A DNA stretch of 64,000 nucleotides from the human T2T-CHM13v2.0 reference genome, Homo sapiens (GCF_009914755.1 NC_060933.1); one strand, 5' to 3'. Shown: positions 25,473-45,788, counted from the stretch's first letter. A program made the numbers and translations. The notes: generated by a model from the sequence alone, not told the origin.

Positions 25473-26246
25473 GTTTGTAGACCCATGGACTTCCTGGCTC
25501 CTTCATTCCCAGAGCACATATTTCATAACACTTTTTCTTGGGTGCCATAAGCGTTGCCTTTCTAGAAGAGTGTGTCTGTGTGTACAGTGGGGAGTATGTT
25601 CTTCATAGCTCTGTGGTTTCCAGTTGGTGGCCACAGTAAACCTGTGTGCTCTTCCTGCAGACTGCCACCACCATCATCATCCTCATTATCATAACTCCGT
25701 TTATGATGAGGCCCCTGATCCTGAGCCTCTAGGCATACCCTACAACTCAACATCTAGTGGGATGATGACACACAGTGCCTTTTAGGAAAGTGTGGTGACA
25801 GTTTTGGTGCTGTGCATGCTGTATCTTTGGATCATTGATTGAATAGTTTTCTCTAACATTGATCGTAGAATTCTACATTTATTTTCATCTACAGTTTGTT
25901 CTTGATTATTCAGGATCACAGTGAAATTCTGTTTTACCTAATCGTTTCCTTTTTTGTGATAAAGTGTTTGTTCAAACAGTATCATAAATGCCAACCATTA
26001 TAATGAAAGTTTTAAAAACTTTACTAATTTTTTACAGCTTGAACCATTTTAACATTGCCATCTGACCCAAGGAAAATACAGCTGGGGGTTGGGTTTTTAC
26101 CTGATTAAGCGTTTGTATTTCTGCAGCTGCTTTTTGGCACATTATGAATGAGCACCCTAAAAGGACAGTTTGAGAGTAGTGTTAATGACCCAGTCTTGGG
26201 TTTGATAGCTGTGTATTGTTTCCAGTGGCTATTATAGAGCATCTTG

Positions 26247-26486
26247 AGCAAGTTTGTTCAACCCACGGACCGCAGACCACAGGCAGCCCAAGACAGCAGG
26301 ACAGCTTCGAATGCAGCCCAACACAAGTTCATAAACTTAAAACAGTATGAGATTTATGCAGGAACCCTTTTTTTTTTTTTTTAAGCTCATCAGCTATCAT
26401 TAGTGTTAGTGTATTTTATGTGTGGCCCAAGACAATTCTTCTTCTTCCAGTGTGGCCCAGGGAAGCTAAAAGATTGAACACCCCTG
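26247..26486. mobile_element. MER30-like hAT MITE
   Basis: GCTCATCAGCTATCATTAGTGTTAGTGTATTTTATGTGTGGCCCAAGACAATTC...ACACCCCTG followed by a GTCTAGAG target. Confidence 0.75.
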
Positions 26487-28159
26487 GTCTAGAGGAAAGT
26501 TCATTTCTCACCTCTTTTTTTTGATTTTGAATTGTTTTCCTACTAAGTTAAAGTGAAAATTTTTTTCATTAAACAATTTTATTTAAAAATGGGATAGATA
26601 ATAGGATAAGAACATCCTCATCAAAGAGTTCAGCATTACAGGTAGAATCCCATTTTAATGCCTATTATTCTAATGGTTGGTTCCATATATTTATATGTAT
26701 TTCCATATCCTAGCATATAAGTCCTTGCTTTATTTGAAATGGTGATTTCCCCAGAATAAAGGGTTTTGAACAGCAGGAGATGTGCTTACAGGCCACAGTT
26801 CCCTGCTGAGAGCAGCTAAGCCTGTCCTATTCAATCAGTAAATACTTGTTGACCATGTGACTCATGCCAGGCACTGTGCTAAGTGTTGTGGGTATTAAGT
26901 CAAATCACACATGACTCTTCAGGACCTTCCAGTCTGATTGGGAAGAGCTGGAAAGACATTGTCCTTTTGGCAAAGTATTTCTGTATCCTTACGACATGTT
27001 CCTAATGTTAGAAGAACACTAGCGTTTACAAAGTGAATTACTCTTAATGACATCTCATGTTTTTAAAATGTTGAATCAACAATTCTGAAGAAGTTATAAA
27101 TTATTATTATGGTTTGTTTGTTTGAAGGAGTTATATTTTACTTATCCTCTTTAGGCAATATATTTTTCTTGGTTCTTGATACTGGAACTAGAAGCTAAGT
27201 AGAGTAGAATAAGTCTTTTTCATAAAGTAATTTATTTTCTTTGGCTGTGATTCAAGCAGATTAGCTTCCTTACTGGTCCAGAAATTTCTACCCAGTCCTT
27301 ATTAATGACTCATTGAAAGTTTTCATTAAACCAATTTAAAAATGTTATAGGAGGAAATTTCCTAGCAGTCTGTTCATAATTCTGTGACCCTAACTACTGT
27401 TCTTTTCCTGTTATCTCCTAATCTTTTTCCATATTTGTACGTGGCTTTTTCTTGACTGAATTAGATTATGCATGTGACTTTGTATTCTTCTTTTACCAAG
27501 TTATTTTATAAAACCTCCCCCAATTTTTAGACATAGTTGGGTTTTATATCATTTTTATTAGCTATAAAATAATCTGTCATGGTTTTACTGCAGTGTAAAC
27601 GTTCTCTTACTAATGGCTATTTAAATTGTTCCCAATTTTTTATTATGAAAATATTACAGATTTATATAAATTGCATTTTTTGTTTAATTATTCTCTGGGG
27701 GTAAAATTTTTAAGAACAGTGTTAATAGAAATAAAGATTATAAGCAACATTGTGGCTCTCACTGTGTTTGGCCATAATGTATTGTATTGTCCCTTTTTCA
27801 GACCTCTCAACAGCACTGAAAAGTAATAACCAACTGAGTGAGGTGGAGCATGCCTATTATCCCAGCTCTTTTTGGGAGGCCAAAGTGAGAGGATTGCTGG
27901 AGGCCAAGAGTTTGGGGTTACATTAAGCTATGTGCCACTGCACTCCAGCCTGGGTGACAGAGCAAGACCTTGTTTCTATTAAAAAAAAAAAAAAAGGCAG
28001 TAGCCACAACGTACTTCCCCTTCAAAACAAGATTCTGTAATGATAAATGCTTTATCAGTTTACATTTGGAGACAGATCAGATTTTATTAAGAATCTCTTA
28101 TGAATTCAAATACTGTTATAGCAAAAATACTAAATTACTTTGGGAATCCTGTCTATATA

Positions 28160-28745
<586 letters not shown>

Positions 28746-29039
28746 AGTTTACTACAATTTCACGGAGACATGAATACCGTGTGTTTGTTTCATGAGAACA
28801 AAAGAAGAGCCGATGAGCATGCTACTTAAGCTGTCTATGTCTTGATTTCGTCTTCTGTAAAATGAGGATGATAACAACGTTTCTCTGTAAGGTTGTTTGA
28901 TCAGTAGTTGAGATAATCTCTGTAAGGTACTTAGCACAGTTCCTGGCATGTGGTAAGTGCTCAATAAATGTTAGCTGCTATTAGCTGCTGGAAACACAAC
29001 ACACACACACAAAATACGTATATGTATATATACACATAA

Positions 29040-29070
<31 letters not shown>

Positions 29071-29991
29071 AAATCTAGTGATTTCGATGTGTTTGTATAA
29101 TTTTTAGAAAATGGGATTCTACCAGAATGTGAACATTTATGGTCACCTGCCTGGCCTAGGACTAACCCAGGAGTTTGTGTTTCACTATGGAACTTTGTCC
29201 TGTAGATCTATAGCAATCCCTTGCTTTAACAACCCAGTTGACTACTATTTTAGATTCCAGGATAATATTTTTGATGTGCTGATTTTGACAGAGTAATGGT
29301 CCTGTCAGTAAACAGTGCTGCATTTGTGATTGTGGTACGTTTTTTCTCTATGCATCTCAGGTACAATTCCAGCACTCCCCAAGAATGTCTAGATTCTCTA
29401 GGAGTGCCTCTGACATCATTGCATGCACAAAAGTGCTCTATTCCAGCAGCAGCACTGTCATGGTGAGATCTAGTGAGATAGAATATGAATATTGTTAGTT
29501 TTCAAATGCGTGGAGAGAGATTCATAAAGGAAGAATGGAAAAAGACATTTGTTATTATTTAAAGGGGTTTAAGTCTAAATTTGAATAGTTTTTTTTCCTC
29601 CTTCAGCATAGAGATGTCTGAATAAATGAAGTCTGCATGTAAAAATGCACTGTTGGAAGTTCTGTTAGCATGAATTGCTGATAACAGTGATTTGAGTGCA
29701 AACACTTTAGAAATCCGTCATCCATTCAGTCTGCCCTGAACTTTGACACTGTCATTCTGGTGATGATGAGAAGGTGGAGCTACTCTTCCCAATTTCCTGC
29801 TTTGGCAAGGCTCTCAGACCTAGAAATGGGATGAGTAGGCAGCTGCATGGTGCCTCTTAACATTGAGATATGTGCTCTTTTTAAGTCTTACCTCCTAATC
29901 TGCCTTTGGGATTATGCTACTGGTGTCATACTAACATCAGAGGTGGTACAAACCCAAGGGGCTAATTCTCTCACTCTCCTTTCCCTTGCAG

Positions 29992-30168
29992 ATGATCCCA
30001 GCCCTAGACTCAGTGCACAAGCTCAGGTGGCTGAGGATATTCTGGACAAATACAGGAATGCCATTAAACGGACCAGCCCCAGTGATGGAGCAATGGCAAA
30101 CTATGAAAGTACAGGTGATAATCATGACAGAGATTTGAGTAGTAAACTTTTATATCATAGTGATAAAG
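29992..30168 (+). CDS. GAPVD1: GAPVD1 coding exon 11 (DDPSPRLSAQ...NYEST[GDNHDRDLSSKLLYHSDK]); alternative donors after 30114 and 30168
   Basis: cccttgcAG acceptor; CAG|GTGATA at 30115 and AAG|GTAATC at 30169 lie 54 nt apart and in frame. Confidence 0.93.
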
Positions 30169-30617
30169 GTAATCTGAATTTAAGTGGCCTTTAAAAGAAA
30201 GAATAGCTAAGGGAGTCAGTTTACTACCTCAAAATTACAGACTGCCTAAACAAATGTTTAAATTGATGTCCTTCTCTGGATTCTCCCACTAGCCCTGGGT
30301 ACCCCTGAATGTTCAAATGCCTTAGAGTTGTCCTCCTTTGCATCTGGGGTGACTGGCCCACAGAGAGTTGGGGCATATTTTAATGGGAGGAGGTTCTTTT
30401 TCAATGTCTACAGCTTTGTAATTTTATCCAGTTATGCACTCTCAATATAGCTGTGGGAGCAACTTGTCCCAAAAGGGACAAGTTATCCATTGTCACCTGG
30501 TACTTATTTTAAAGGATTCTGTTTTCCTCATAATAGAATACTGAATAGCTTTCAGAAAAATGAGATATAGTCCCCAAGATAAATGAAGAGAAAAAGTGTA
30601 TAAAAGTATAAATAGGG

Positions 30618-33040
<2,423 letters not shown>

Positions 33041-33466
33041 AGGGTTTCTTGTCAGGTAGTGAGCTTATTTTGTGGCGTCATCAGCGTTTCTAAAGAGATG
33101 TGCCAGAAGGCATTCCAAATCTGGGTGTTGGGGGCTTCTGACTTCCGTGGTCCCTCCCACTCTGCCATAATATGCTTTTCCGATTCTTATAGCACCCGTC
33201 ATGGAACTCAGTGTATGAAAAAAGGTCAGAAAGGATTTGTTGTTTGATTCTGGTGCTTTAAAGAATGGTCCTTGCCCCGAGCACACCTGGCTCCTTGGGT
33301 AATTAGAAAGCCTGTTCTTTTAAGTGGAGTGTCAGTTAAGAATCATCTTCTTTAAAATGTTTGAAACATTTGAGTCCTAAGGTAACATTAATTTATATAG
33401 TAAATATTTGTAAAATGTGACCATATCTGGATAAAGAAATTAATGTATTTTCTACTCATTTTTCAG

Positions 33467-33576
33467 AGATGCAAAAAAGAAACTGAGGCTTGCTCTTTGC
33501 TCTGCGGACTCTGTTGCCTTCCCAGTGCTGACCCATTCAACAAGGAATGGTTTACCAGACCACACAGACCCAGAAG
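33467..33576 (+). CDS. GAPVD1: GAPVD1 coding exon 13 (DAKKKLRLAL...HTDPE)
   Basis: ttttcAG/GTAAAT boundaries, 110 nt, phase 2-1. Confidence 0.95.
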
Positions 33577-33615
33577 GTAAATTGCTGCAGGATCGTTTAA
33601 TTTTTCCTATGTTTA

Positions 33616-33688
33616 TGGGTTGCACCATATGAAATTGCCAGTATTCAGCTGTTGAAGCTGTACAGCAATTCCATATGGTTCAACTTAA
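33616..33688. mobile_element. MADE2-like mariner MITE (palindromic)
   Basis: TIRs GGTTGCACCATATGAAATTGC / GCAATTCCATATGGTTCAAC, flanked by TA. Confidence 0.75.
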
Positions 33689-33884
33689 TATGTTTACATT
33701 AGTATCACTTAAGGGCACTTTGATTACTGATGATTTATTAAAGTATTTTCTAATTGGGAGTGGCAATACAGCTTAGTTCTAATGATACATGACAAAGCAG
33801 AATTGACGTCCCAAATGCTGAATTAGCTTATTTAAGCACATGGAAATTCTCAAGAATAACAGAATTCTTGTATCTTTTATTTAG

Positions 33885-34044
33885 ACAATGAAATTGTATG
33901 CTTCTTAAAAGTTCAAATAGCTGAAGCAATTAATTTACAAGATAAGAATCTAATGGCTCAACTTCAAGAAACAATGCGCTGTGTGTGCCGTTTTGATAAT
34001 AGGACTTGTAGGAAACTGCTGGCTTCGATTGCTGAGGACTACAG
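33885..34044 (+). CDS. GAPVD1: GAPVD1 coding exon 14 (DNEIVCFLKV...IAEDYR)
   Basis: ttatttAG/GTAATA boundaries, 160 nt, phase 1-2. Confidence 0.95.
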
Positions 34045-34176
34045 GTAATATACCCCACCTGTTCAGCTTTTAAACCTAGTTGTTAGCTGCAAGTGTTTTC
34101 TTTTTTATCCTTATTTCAGAAATGAATCTAGGCTTCCTACAAAGTGCTTGGCTGTATTTTCCTGGATGTAGATTTC

Positions 34177-37037
<2,861 letters not shown>

Positions 37038-37825
37038 ATTTCTAAGCAACATATTTGGATATTTACTCTGGAAATGTAGTTACAAATGAGCAGTTCCAAA
37101 TAGAAGAGTGCAATTTACTTCAGCTTTGCACAAAAGCAGGTAAAGAGGTATGCCTATATTTTGAGGCTAGAACAACTAGAATATCATATTTCTTTTCTTA
37201 GTGGTGATAGGAAAGCCTACTTTCCTGGACCAGAGAAGCAGATGTAAGTAGCCTTAGGAATTGCTGTGCTTTTTCTGCTGCCAGTCCCCTGCTCATGATT
37301 ATGGAGAAAAATGTAACTGAGATGCTTAGGTAGTGAGGAGGCTTCAAGGCTTAGGGAATGGGCACTCTAGTAAATGTGACATTTAGACTATAAGCAAGTA
37401 ATTGGTGGGGGATGTTTGTGACCTAGTGACATATAACCTGTATTTGTTGTTATTGTTGGTCATCTGTAGCTGTCAATTTCCTATTAAGTATGAGGTCCTA
37501 TAGCTCCAGTATAAAATACACCAAGTATGCAGAGGGGCTTAGTAACATTTAGTGAATTAGGTAACTAAGTCTTCAGCCCCATAGATCCTCCCAAACAAAA
37601 TGCAAAATGGGTGTCTGTTCTGCAGCTGGCACCATGATCAGTCTCTACCATGTCTGCAGCCTGACATGCTACTTTGTATATGTGCTACTGAAGAGAGCAC
37701 AGACATGCTGCTTTGTAAAACCAGTCTGTGCAGTAATTTTTCTAAAGAAAAGTTAGGACCCTTATTCTTCAAAGAGAGTATGCACTGAATATATCTGATG
37801 TCATGCAAAGTATTTTTCCTTTTAG

Positions 37826-38013
37826 AAAAAGAGCCCCATATATTGCTTATCTCACTCGTTGTCGACAAGGACTACAGACCACACAGGCTCACCTGGAAAG
37901 GCTATTGCAAAGAGTTTTGCGGGACAAAGAAGTGGCCAATCGATACTTTACCACTGTCTGTGTGAGATTACTGCTTGAGAGCAAAGAAAAGAAGATCAGG
38001 GAATTCATTCAAG
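37826..38013 (+). CDS. GAPVD1: GAPVD1 coding exon 15 (KRAPYIAYLT...IREFIQ)
   Basis: ccttttAG/GTAACT boundaries, 188 nt, phase 2-1. Confidence 0.96.
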
Positions 38014-38163
38014 GTAACTCAATACCTTTAGTTTAAGCATCTCTTCACCTGTAATACTGTTGGGAAGATTTAGAAATACTGTTTTGTTTTGCTAGTTTGT
38101 TCAAGTATCTGCATGCCTTAAATACCCAATTATTTTATGGAATCTTAATAAATTAAACTTTGA

Positions 38164-38567
<404 letters not shown>

Positions 38568-38826
38568 TGAGCCACTGTGCCTGGCCTAGAAACATATTTT
38601 TATAACAAATTCCTTGCACTTAAACTTTCACATATTTCTTGCTTTTTCTCCTGATTTAATTATATGGCTACATATTGTCCTAAAATAAACTACACTGAAA
38701 CACTTTTGGCTTTAAGATCATGGTGTCTGCATAGCTAGTGATTAAAATTATTTCTATGATTTCCTTTTTAAAATTATTTAGATAGTTTTTATTAAACTAT
38801 TTAAAAATTATTATTTTGCTTTGGAG

Positions 38827-39040
38827 ACTTTCAGAAACTCACCGCAGCTGACGATAAAACTGCTCAGGTAGAAGATTTTCTGCAGTTTCTTTATGGTGCA
38901 ATGGCCCAGGATGTCATATGGCAAAACGCGAGTGAAGAACAGCTTCAAGATGCACAGCTGGCCATTGAGCGAAGCGTGATGAACCGGATTTTCAAGCTCG
39001 CCTTCTACCCTAATCAAGATGGGGACATACTTCGCGACCA
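38827..39040 (+). CDS. GAPVD1: GAPVD1 coding exon 16 (DFQKLTAADD...DILRDQ), helical bundle preceding VPS9
   Basis: Rare GAG acceptor (ctttgGAG), GTAAGT donor, 214 nt, phase 1-2. Confidence 0.93.
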
Positions 39041-39468
39041 GTAAGTACTTCTATGTTGAGTGCCTATGTGGAACTACATAGGGATCTACCAGGTAGCCCA
39101 TATTTTAGGCAAGCTATACGTGTAACTTAGTGTCTGATTGTAAAAGGAAATTCATTGGTTACCATTTTTCACCTGTCAGAGTTACATGATCACAAAGAAT
39201 AATACCCAGTTTTCAGGGATGTGGGCAGTCAAGCTGGAAGGAGTAGAAATTGGTATAGCCTCTTTGGAAAGCACTGCTGTTTACTCTGCCTTAACTAATC
39301 TTCCCTTCCTTCTCGTGATTAAGTCTTACTTATGCTTCAGGTCTTGACTTAAGTATCGTTTCCCTGATGAAGCCTGTCCTGACTAGGTTACATCCTGTTA
39401 GGGCTCTCTCAGGCCTCGGTGCCTTTCTTTAGTACTTGCCACAGTTGCCATTTGACATCTGTTTGAGT

Positions 39469-39668
39469 CATGGTTTCTGAACCCAGCCCTACTAACATTT
39501 GGGGCCAGATTGTTGATGATGTGGGAGGCTGTCCTGTGCATTATAGGATCTTTAGGAGCATCCCTGACCTCTACACACAAGATGCCAGTAATACCCCACC
39601 AGTTGTGACAACCACATGTCTTCAGACATTCCCAAATGTCCCTTGTGGGGGCAAAATTCTCCCCTGTT
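39469..39668 (+). mobile_element. MER20 (second copy)
   Basis: Similar to 17003-17216 (CTGTCCTGTGCATT, GTTGTGACAAC, AGACATTxCCAAATG). Confidence 0.75.
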
Positions 39669-39840
39669 CTTTTTTTCTTTTTCTTTTCTTTTGAGACAGG
39701 GTCTTGCCATGTCACCCAGGCTGGAGTGCAGTGGCATGATCACAGCTCACTGAAGCCTCAACCTCCCAGGCTTATGTGACAAGTGATCCTCCTACCTTGG
39801 CCTCCTCCCAAATTGCTGGTACTATAGGTGCACACCATGA

Positions 39841-40389
<549 letters not shown>

Positions 40390-40466
40390 TAATGCTTTTA
40401 TTAACCATTCTAACAGCACCAGGCACAGTGGTTGGCTTCTAATATATGCTCATTATATATTTATTA

Positions 40467-40652
<186 letters not shown>

Positions 40653-40869
40653 TCAGGAGGCTGAATAGGGAGGATCACTTGAACACAAGAGGCAGAGGTT
40701 GCAGTGAGCTGAGATCGCGCCACTGCACTCCAGCCTAGGCAACAGAGTGAGACTCTGTCTAAAAAAAATGAGAGAGAGAGAATGAACAGTTAAGTATTTG
40801 AATACCAGAAAATGCTTGGAATTGTATGGCTTGTGAGTTATATCTCAATAAAGCTGTTTAAAAATATTA

Positions 40870-41196
<327 letters not shown>

Positions 41197-41310
41197 TTAA
41201 TCTTGGGAAAAATTAACCTGGAATAGTAATAGCGATTATTTTTGGGTAAAGAGACTAGGGAAGATTTTGCAGTTTTATTTTTCCTCCTCTGTATTTTCTC
41301 CTTTTTTTGA

Positions 41311-41525
<215 letters not shown>

Positions 41526-42602
41526 TGATCCACCCACCTTGGCCTCCTGAAGTACTGGGTTTACAGGCATGAGCCACCCCGCCCGGCCTTCTGTATTTTC
41601 TTGAGCACTGCTTCATAACCCTGTTTCTGACCTCAACCATGTTAAAGTTGTTACCATGCTTCTTAACAGTGACAGTGGCTTACTGTGCCTGACTCCCAGG
41701 GGTCCGTGTAATAGGATCCTCGGGGTGTGGGTTATGTTTGTATGAAATATTTTTCATGGAGATTTTCAGATGTTGCATAGATATTTGAGAGAATTCACTT
41801 TCCTGTGAAGTGGGTTAGGATCCTTCCAATCTGCCTTCCTCATTTGTTTATGGTCTCACAGTGTTTGGCCCACCCCAGACTTCTGTGCTTAATATGCCAG
41901 ATGGGGCCTGTTTTCTCTCCAGAGCACTAGTTTTTGCCTTTAGGCATAGGATAAGGAATGGGGACATTCAAACCATATAGACTACAAACAGCAACTTTGA
42001 AGGAGATTATTTTTCCCCACCCTCCGTGGCATTTCTGTGGGGTTTATAGAGGGTGGAAAGCCAAAAGAGGAATTGGAAGGAACACGAGCAGCCAGGAAGC
42101 TGGGTTCAGCCCCTGTTACTGACACCTGTGTAGCTTAGGCAAGCCTTTTCCCTTTTTAAGCCTACTTCTCTTCATCTACAAAGTGAAAGGTTGGGTGAAT
42201 GGTGGAGGCCCTTCTCCATGTAATTAATATCTTTGGTTTCTGGCTTTTGATCCTTCTACTTCCTCTCACTTTTTCCCCCCCTCTCCTTTTCCTCTACCTT
42301 ACAAAATAATGTGTCCAAGCAGCTCCTACCAAGGGCTCCTCTCCTTTCTTCCTTGCAGTGCTGTCTGGTCCAGAGAGGAAAGACTCCCTCCCCTCCCTGC
42401 ATCCCCTTGGCTCACTCAGCATTTCTGAGCAGATTAGAAAGAATACTTATCTAAGAGGCTCAACTCTAACTGTAATCCATATCTAGCTGTAATCCGTATC
42501 TAGTCAACATGTTTCACGTGTTTTGTAAAAATCAATGATGACTGTTTGTGTACCATATTTTCTGAAATGAATGTTTACATGTGTATTTTGGGGGGTTTTC
42601 AG

Positions 42603-42675
42603 GGTTCTTCATGAACATATCCAGAGATTGTCTAAAGTAGTGACTGCAAATCACAGAGCTCTTCAGATACCAGAG
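42603..42675 (+). CDS. GAPVD1: GAPVD1 coding exon 17 (VLHEHIQRLS...LQIPE)
   Basis: ttttcAG/GTAATA boundaries, 73 nt, phase 2-0. Confidence 0.95.
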
Positions 42676-43293
42676 GTAATACAGGTTTATATAGCATGGG
42701 TAATGTTAACTAAATGCTGCGTGTTATTATACCATATAATGTTACCACGTGTTCAAGGAACTGAAATGTGATAAAATATAAAACATCATTTTCACTCTAT
42801 GTAATTCAGTCTAACTGCGAAGTTCCTGAAGATGCTTTCAGGGATTAAAATTCCCTGGTATGAAATAGTAGAAAGCCAGTTGTGAGGAGCCCTTCCTTGA
42901 TGCCACTTCTCAAGTCAGCCCTGCTCTCAGGGGCAGTACCTCTCCATCAGTGCTTTTATAGTCAGGTTTCTACAGAAATGTTTTGAAGAAGTGGGAGGCT
43001 GATAGCACTCCAAAGAGTGAGATATGCTGTCTCAGGAGAGGTCATTGAGTCTGCATGTGATCTCAGATTACCTTTTAGTCATTGATATTAGCATTTTTAC
43101 CTGTCCTACATCTCTTAGAAAATAAGAAAACATGAAAATTTCAGGTATTTGAGCTTTCTGTTTGTTTTTGTTACAACCCCCACTAATGAGACATGAATTA
43201 GCATAAAATTTTAAATTATCTTTGGTTTTTTGAATCTGTTATTTCTGGAATTACTGCAACAATGGTACATATTTTTAAATTAACCTCTTTTAT

Positions 43294-43351
43294 CACATGT
43301 GATAAATCTAGTTCCTGTGTAGAGCCAGTTTAAGCTAGTTTTAAGGAAAAG
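43294..43351 (+). repeat. 58-bp perfect direct repeat, copy 1
   Basis: Identical to 45209-45266. Confidence 0.95.
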
Positions 43352-43710
43352 TCCTCTTTTAGTAGTTTGTACTTCTGGAATCAGCTACTAAATGTAGAGA
43401 AGTTCCATTCTAGCTATTTAAGAAAGAGAATGGTTTGAAATTTTGTGAATTCTAGCTTCTGTGCTGTTGAATGCCCTTTTTCTATTAATGGATATCTGGT
43501 TTGCTGTATTTTAAAATTCAGAGCAACTTATTTAAAAGTTCTAAAGTTACAATCTTTAGTGAAGGGGAAAGGGGCCTGCAATATGGTTTTACCAAAGAGA
43601 GGAAAAAGCAACCACATTATCCTCTGCCTCCTGACACGGAGGTTGCAGTAGTCACTGCGCAGGGTTGCCACTGGATTCAGAATCTGTATATTGTCTATGG
43701 TCTCACTTAG

Positions 43711-43908
43711 GTTTATCTTCGAGAAGCACCATGGCCATCTGCACAATCAGAAATCAGGACAATAAGTGCTTATAAAACCCCCCGGGACAAAGTGCAGTGC
43801 ATCCTGAGAATGTGCTCTACGATTATGAACCTCCTGAGCCTGGCCAATGAGGACTCTGTCCCTGGAGCGGATGACTTTGTTCCTGTGTTGGTGTTTGTGT
43901 TGATAAAG
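43711..43908 (+). CDS. GAPVD1: GAPVD1 coding exon 18, VPS9 core (VYLREAPWPS...GADDFVPVLVFVLIK)
   Basis: cacttAG/GTGGGC boundaries, 198 nt, phase 0-0; contains the VPS9 GADD motif. Confidence 0.97.
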
Positions 43909-43985
43909 GTGGGCCCCTTACTACTATCAGTTAAGGAGTTATGTGGCATTCTGAGCAGGTGGCACAGGGCTTCACACAACCATAG

Positions 43986-44228
<243 letters not shown>

Positions 44229-44519
44229 TAGAGACAGAGTTTCGCCATGTTGGCCAAGCTGGTCTCGTGGTCTCCAGCTGGCCTCAAGTGATTCGCCCGC
44301 CTCAGCCTCCTGAAGTGTTGGGATCATAGACATGAGCCACCGCGCCCAGCCAAGATTTGTTCTTACCTTAGGATTTTCGAAAGAAAGGATGGGAGGACTA
44401 GATTCCTAGATGAACATTTTCAGCTAAAAAGCAGTGCCTAGGTTGGGCGCGGTGGCTCACGCTTGTAATCCCAGCACTTTGGGAGGCCGAGGAGGGTGGA
44501 TCACGAGGTCAGGAATTCA

Positions 44520-44735
<216 letters not shown>

Positions 44736-45208
44736 TTAGTTGGGGCTCAGTATATAATTATTGGATGAATGGATGAGGGCAGGTTCTTTATATTATACTT
44801 TTACCATCTTCTTTAATATGGAATTCCTTGCAGTACTTGTCATATAGGCTACCAAACTTACCAATCTCCTTCCTCTTTTAGCTTCTTATTTTGTAATTGT
44901 AGTATAAAAGTACTGACATCTCTAGTTCTTGTTGACTTTAAAATTAAAGTTTCATCATTTAAATGGTTTATTTTGAACATTTTGAGGGTGACCATGTAGT
45001 TTGGGTGCACACAGCCACTAAGTGATCGTATCACTTGTGTGTTGCAGTCAGCTCAGCCCAGCTGTTGCTGTCTAAAGTGTGTGTGACATATGTCTTACTA
45101 TTTCTTAGTGTTGTGATATTTCTACAACCTGAACACTTAGCTTGGAGGGAGAAACCCATGGGGTTGGTCGTCACAGCTCCTCCTGTTGGCCATCGCTCTT
45201 CTGGCTTC

Positions 45209-45266
45209 CACATGTGATAAATCTAGTTCCTGTGTAGAGCCAGTTTAAGCTAGTTTTAAGGAAAAG
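45209..45266 (+). repeat. 58-bp perfect direct repeat, copy 2
   Basis: Identical to 43294-43351. Confidence 0.95.
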
Positions 45267-45788
45267 GCCCTAGCTCTTCCTCTTAACCATTTAACAGCCT
45301 GTGCCCTTTCTCACCACATGAAAAAGGTAAAAAAAATTCAGGAGATGTCCTCTGTTACCTCTGGCAACAGAGGGCATGTCATCTTTTTTAGTTTTTTCTT
45401 TCTCAGCTTATTCTCCCTGGACTTACCAGATATAACTCAATTTGCCTACAGCATTTATTTTGTTATCTAACATTCTGAAATCCGGGGATGTTGAGTAAGA
45501 CCACAGAGATTAGTTCAGCCTTCTTAGAAATCAGTGAGGTTAAGGACTTGCAAGGATAGAAACCTCTAGATAGATTAGCTGAGATTAGAACCTGGGTTGC
45601 CTTTCCAGCATATTATTGCTACTCATGGAAACTAGGGTTCACAGATTACTTCCAAAAAATAACTTTGGGGTTGTTTTCAAAAGGATTGGTATGTCTTTCA
45701 TTGAAGAACATTCGAAGAACACTTAAATGATTTTGGCAGAGCTATGACATCTGAGTAATTGATTCTTTTTTATTTTTCACTTCTCTAG

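Noticed and set aside
28993-29070. (CA)n...(TG)n(TA)n potential hairpin
   Set aside because: An ordinary compound microsatellite.
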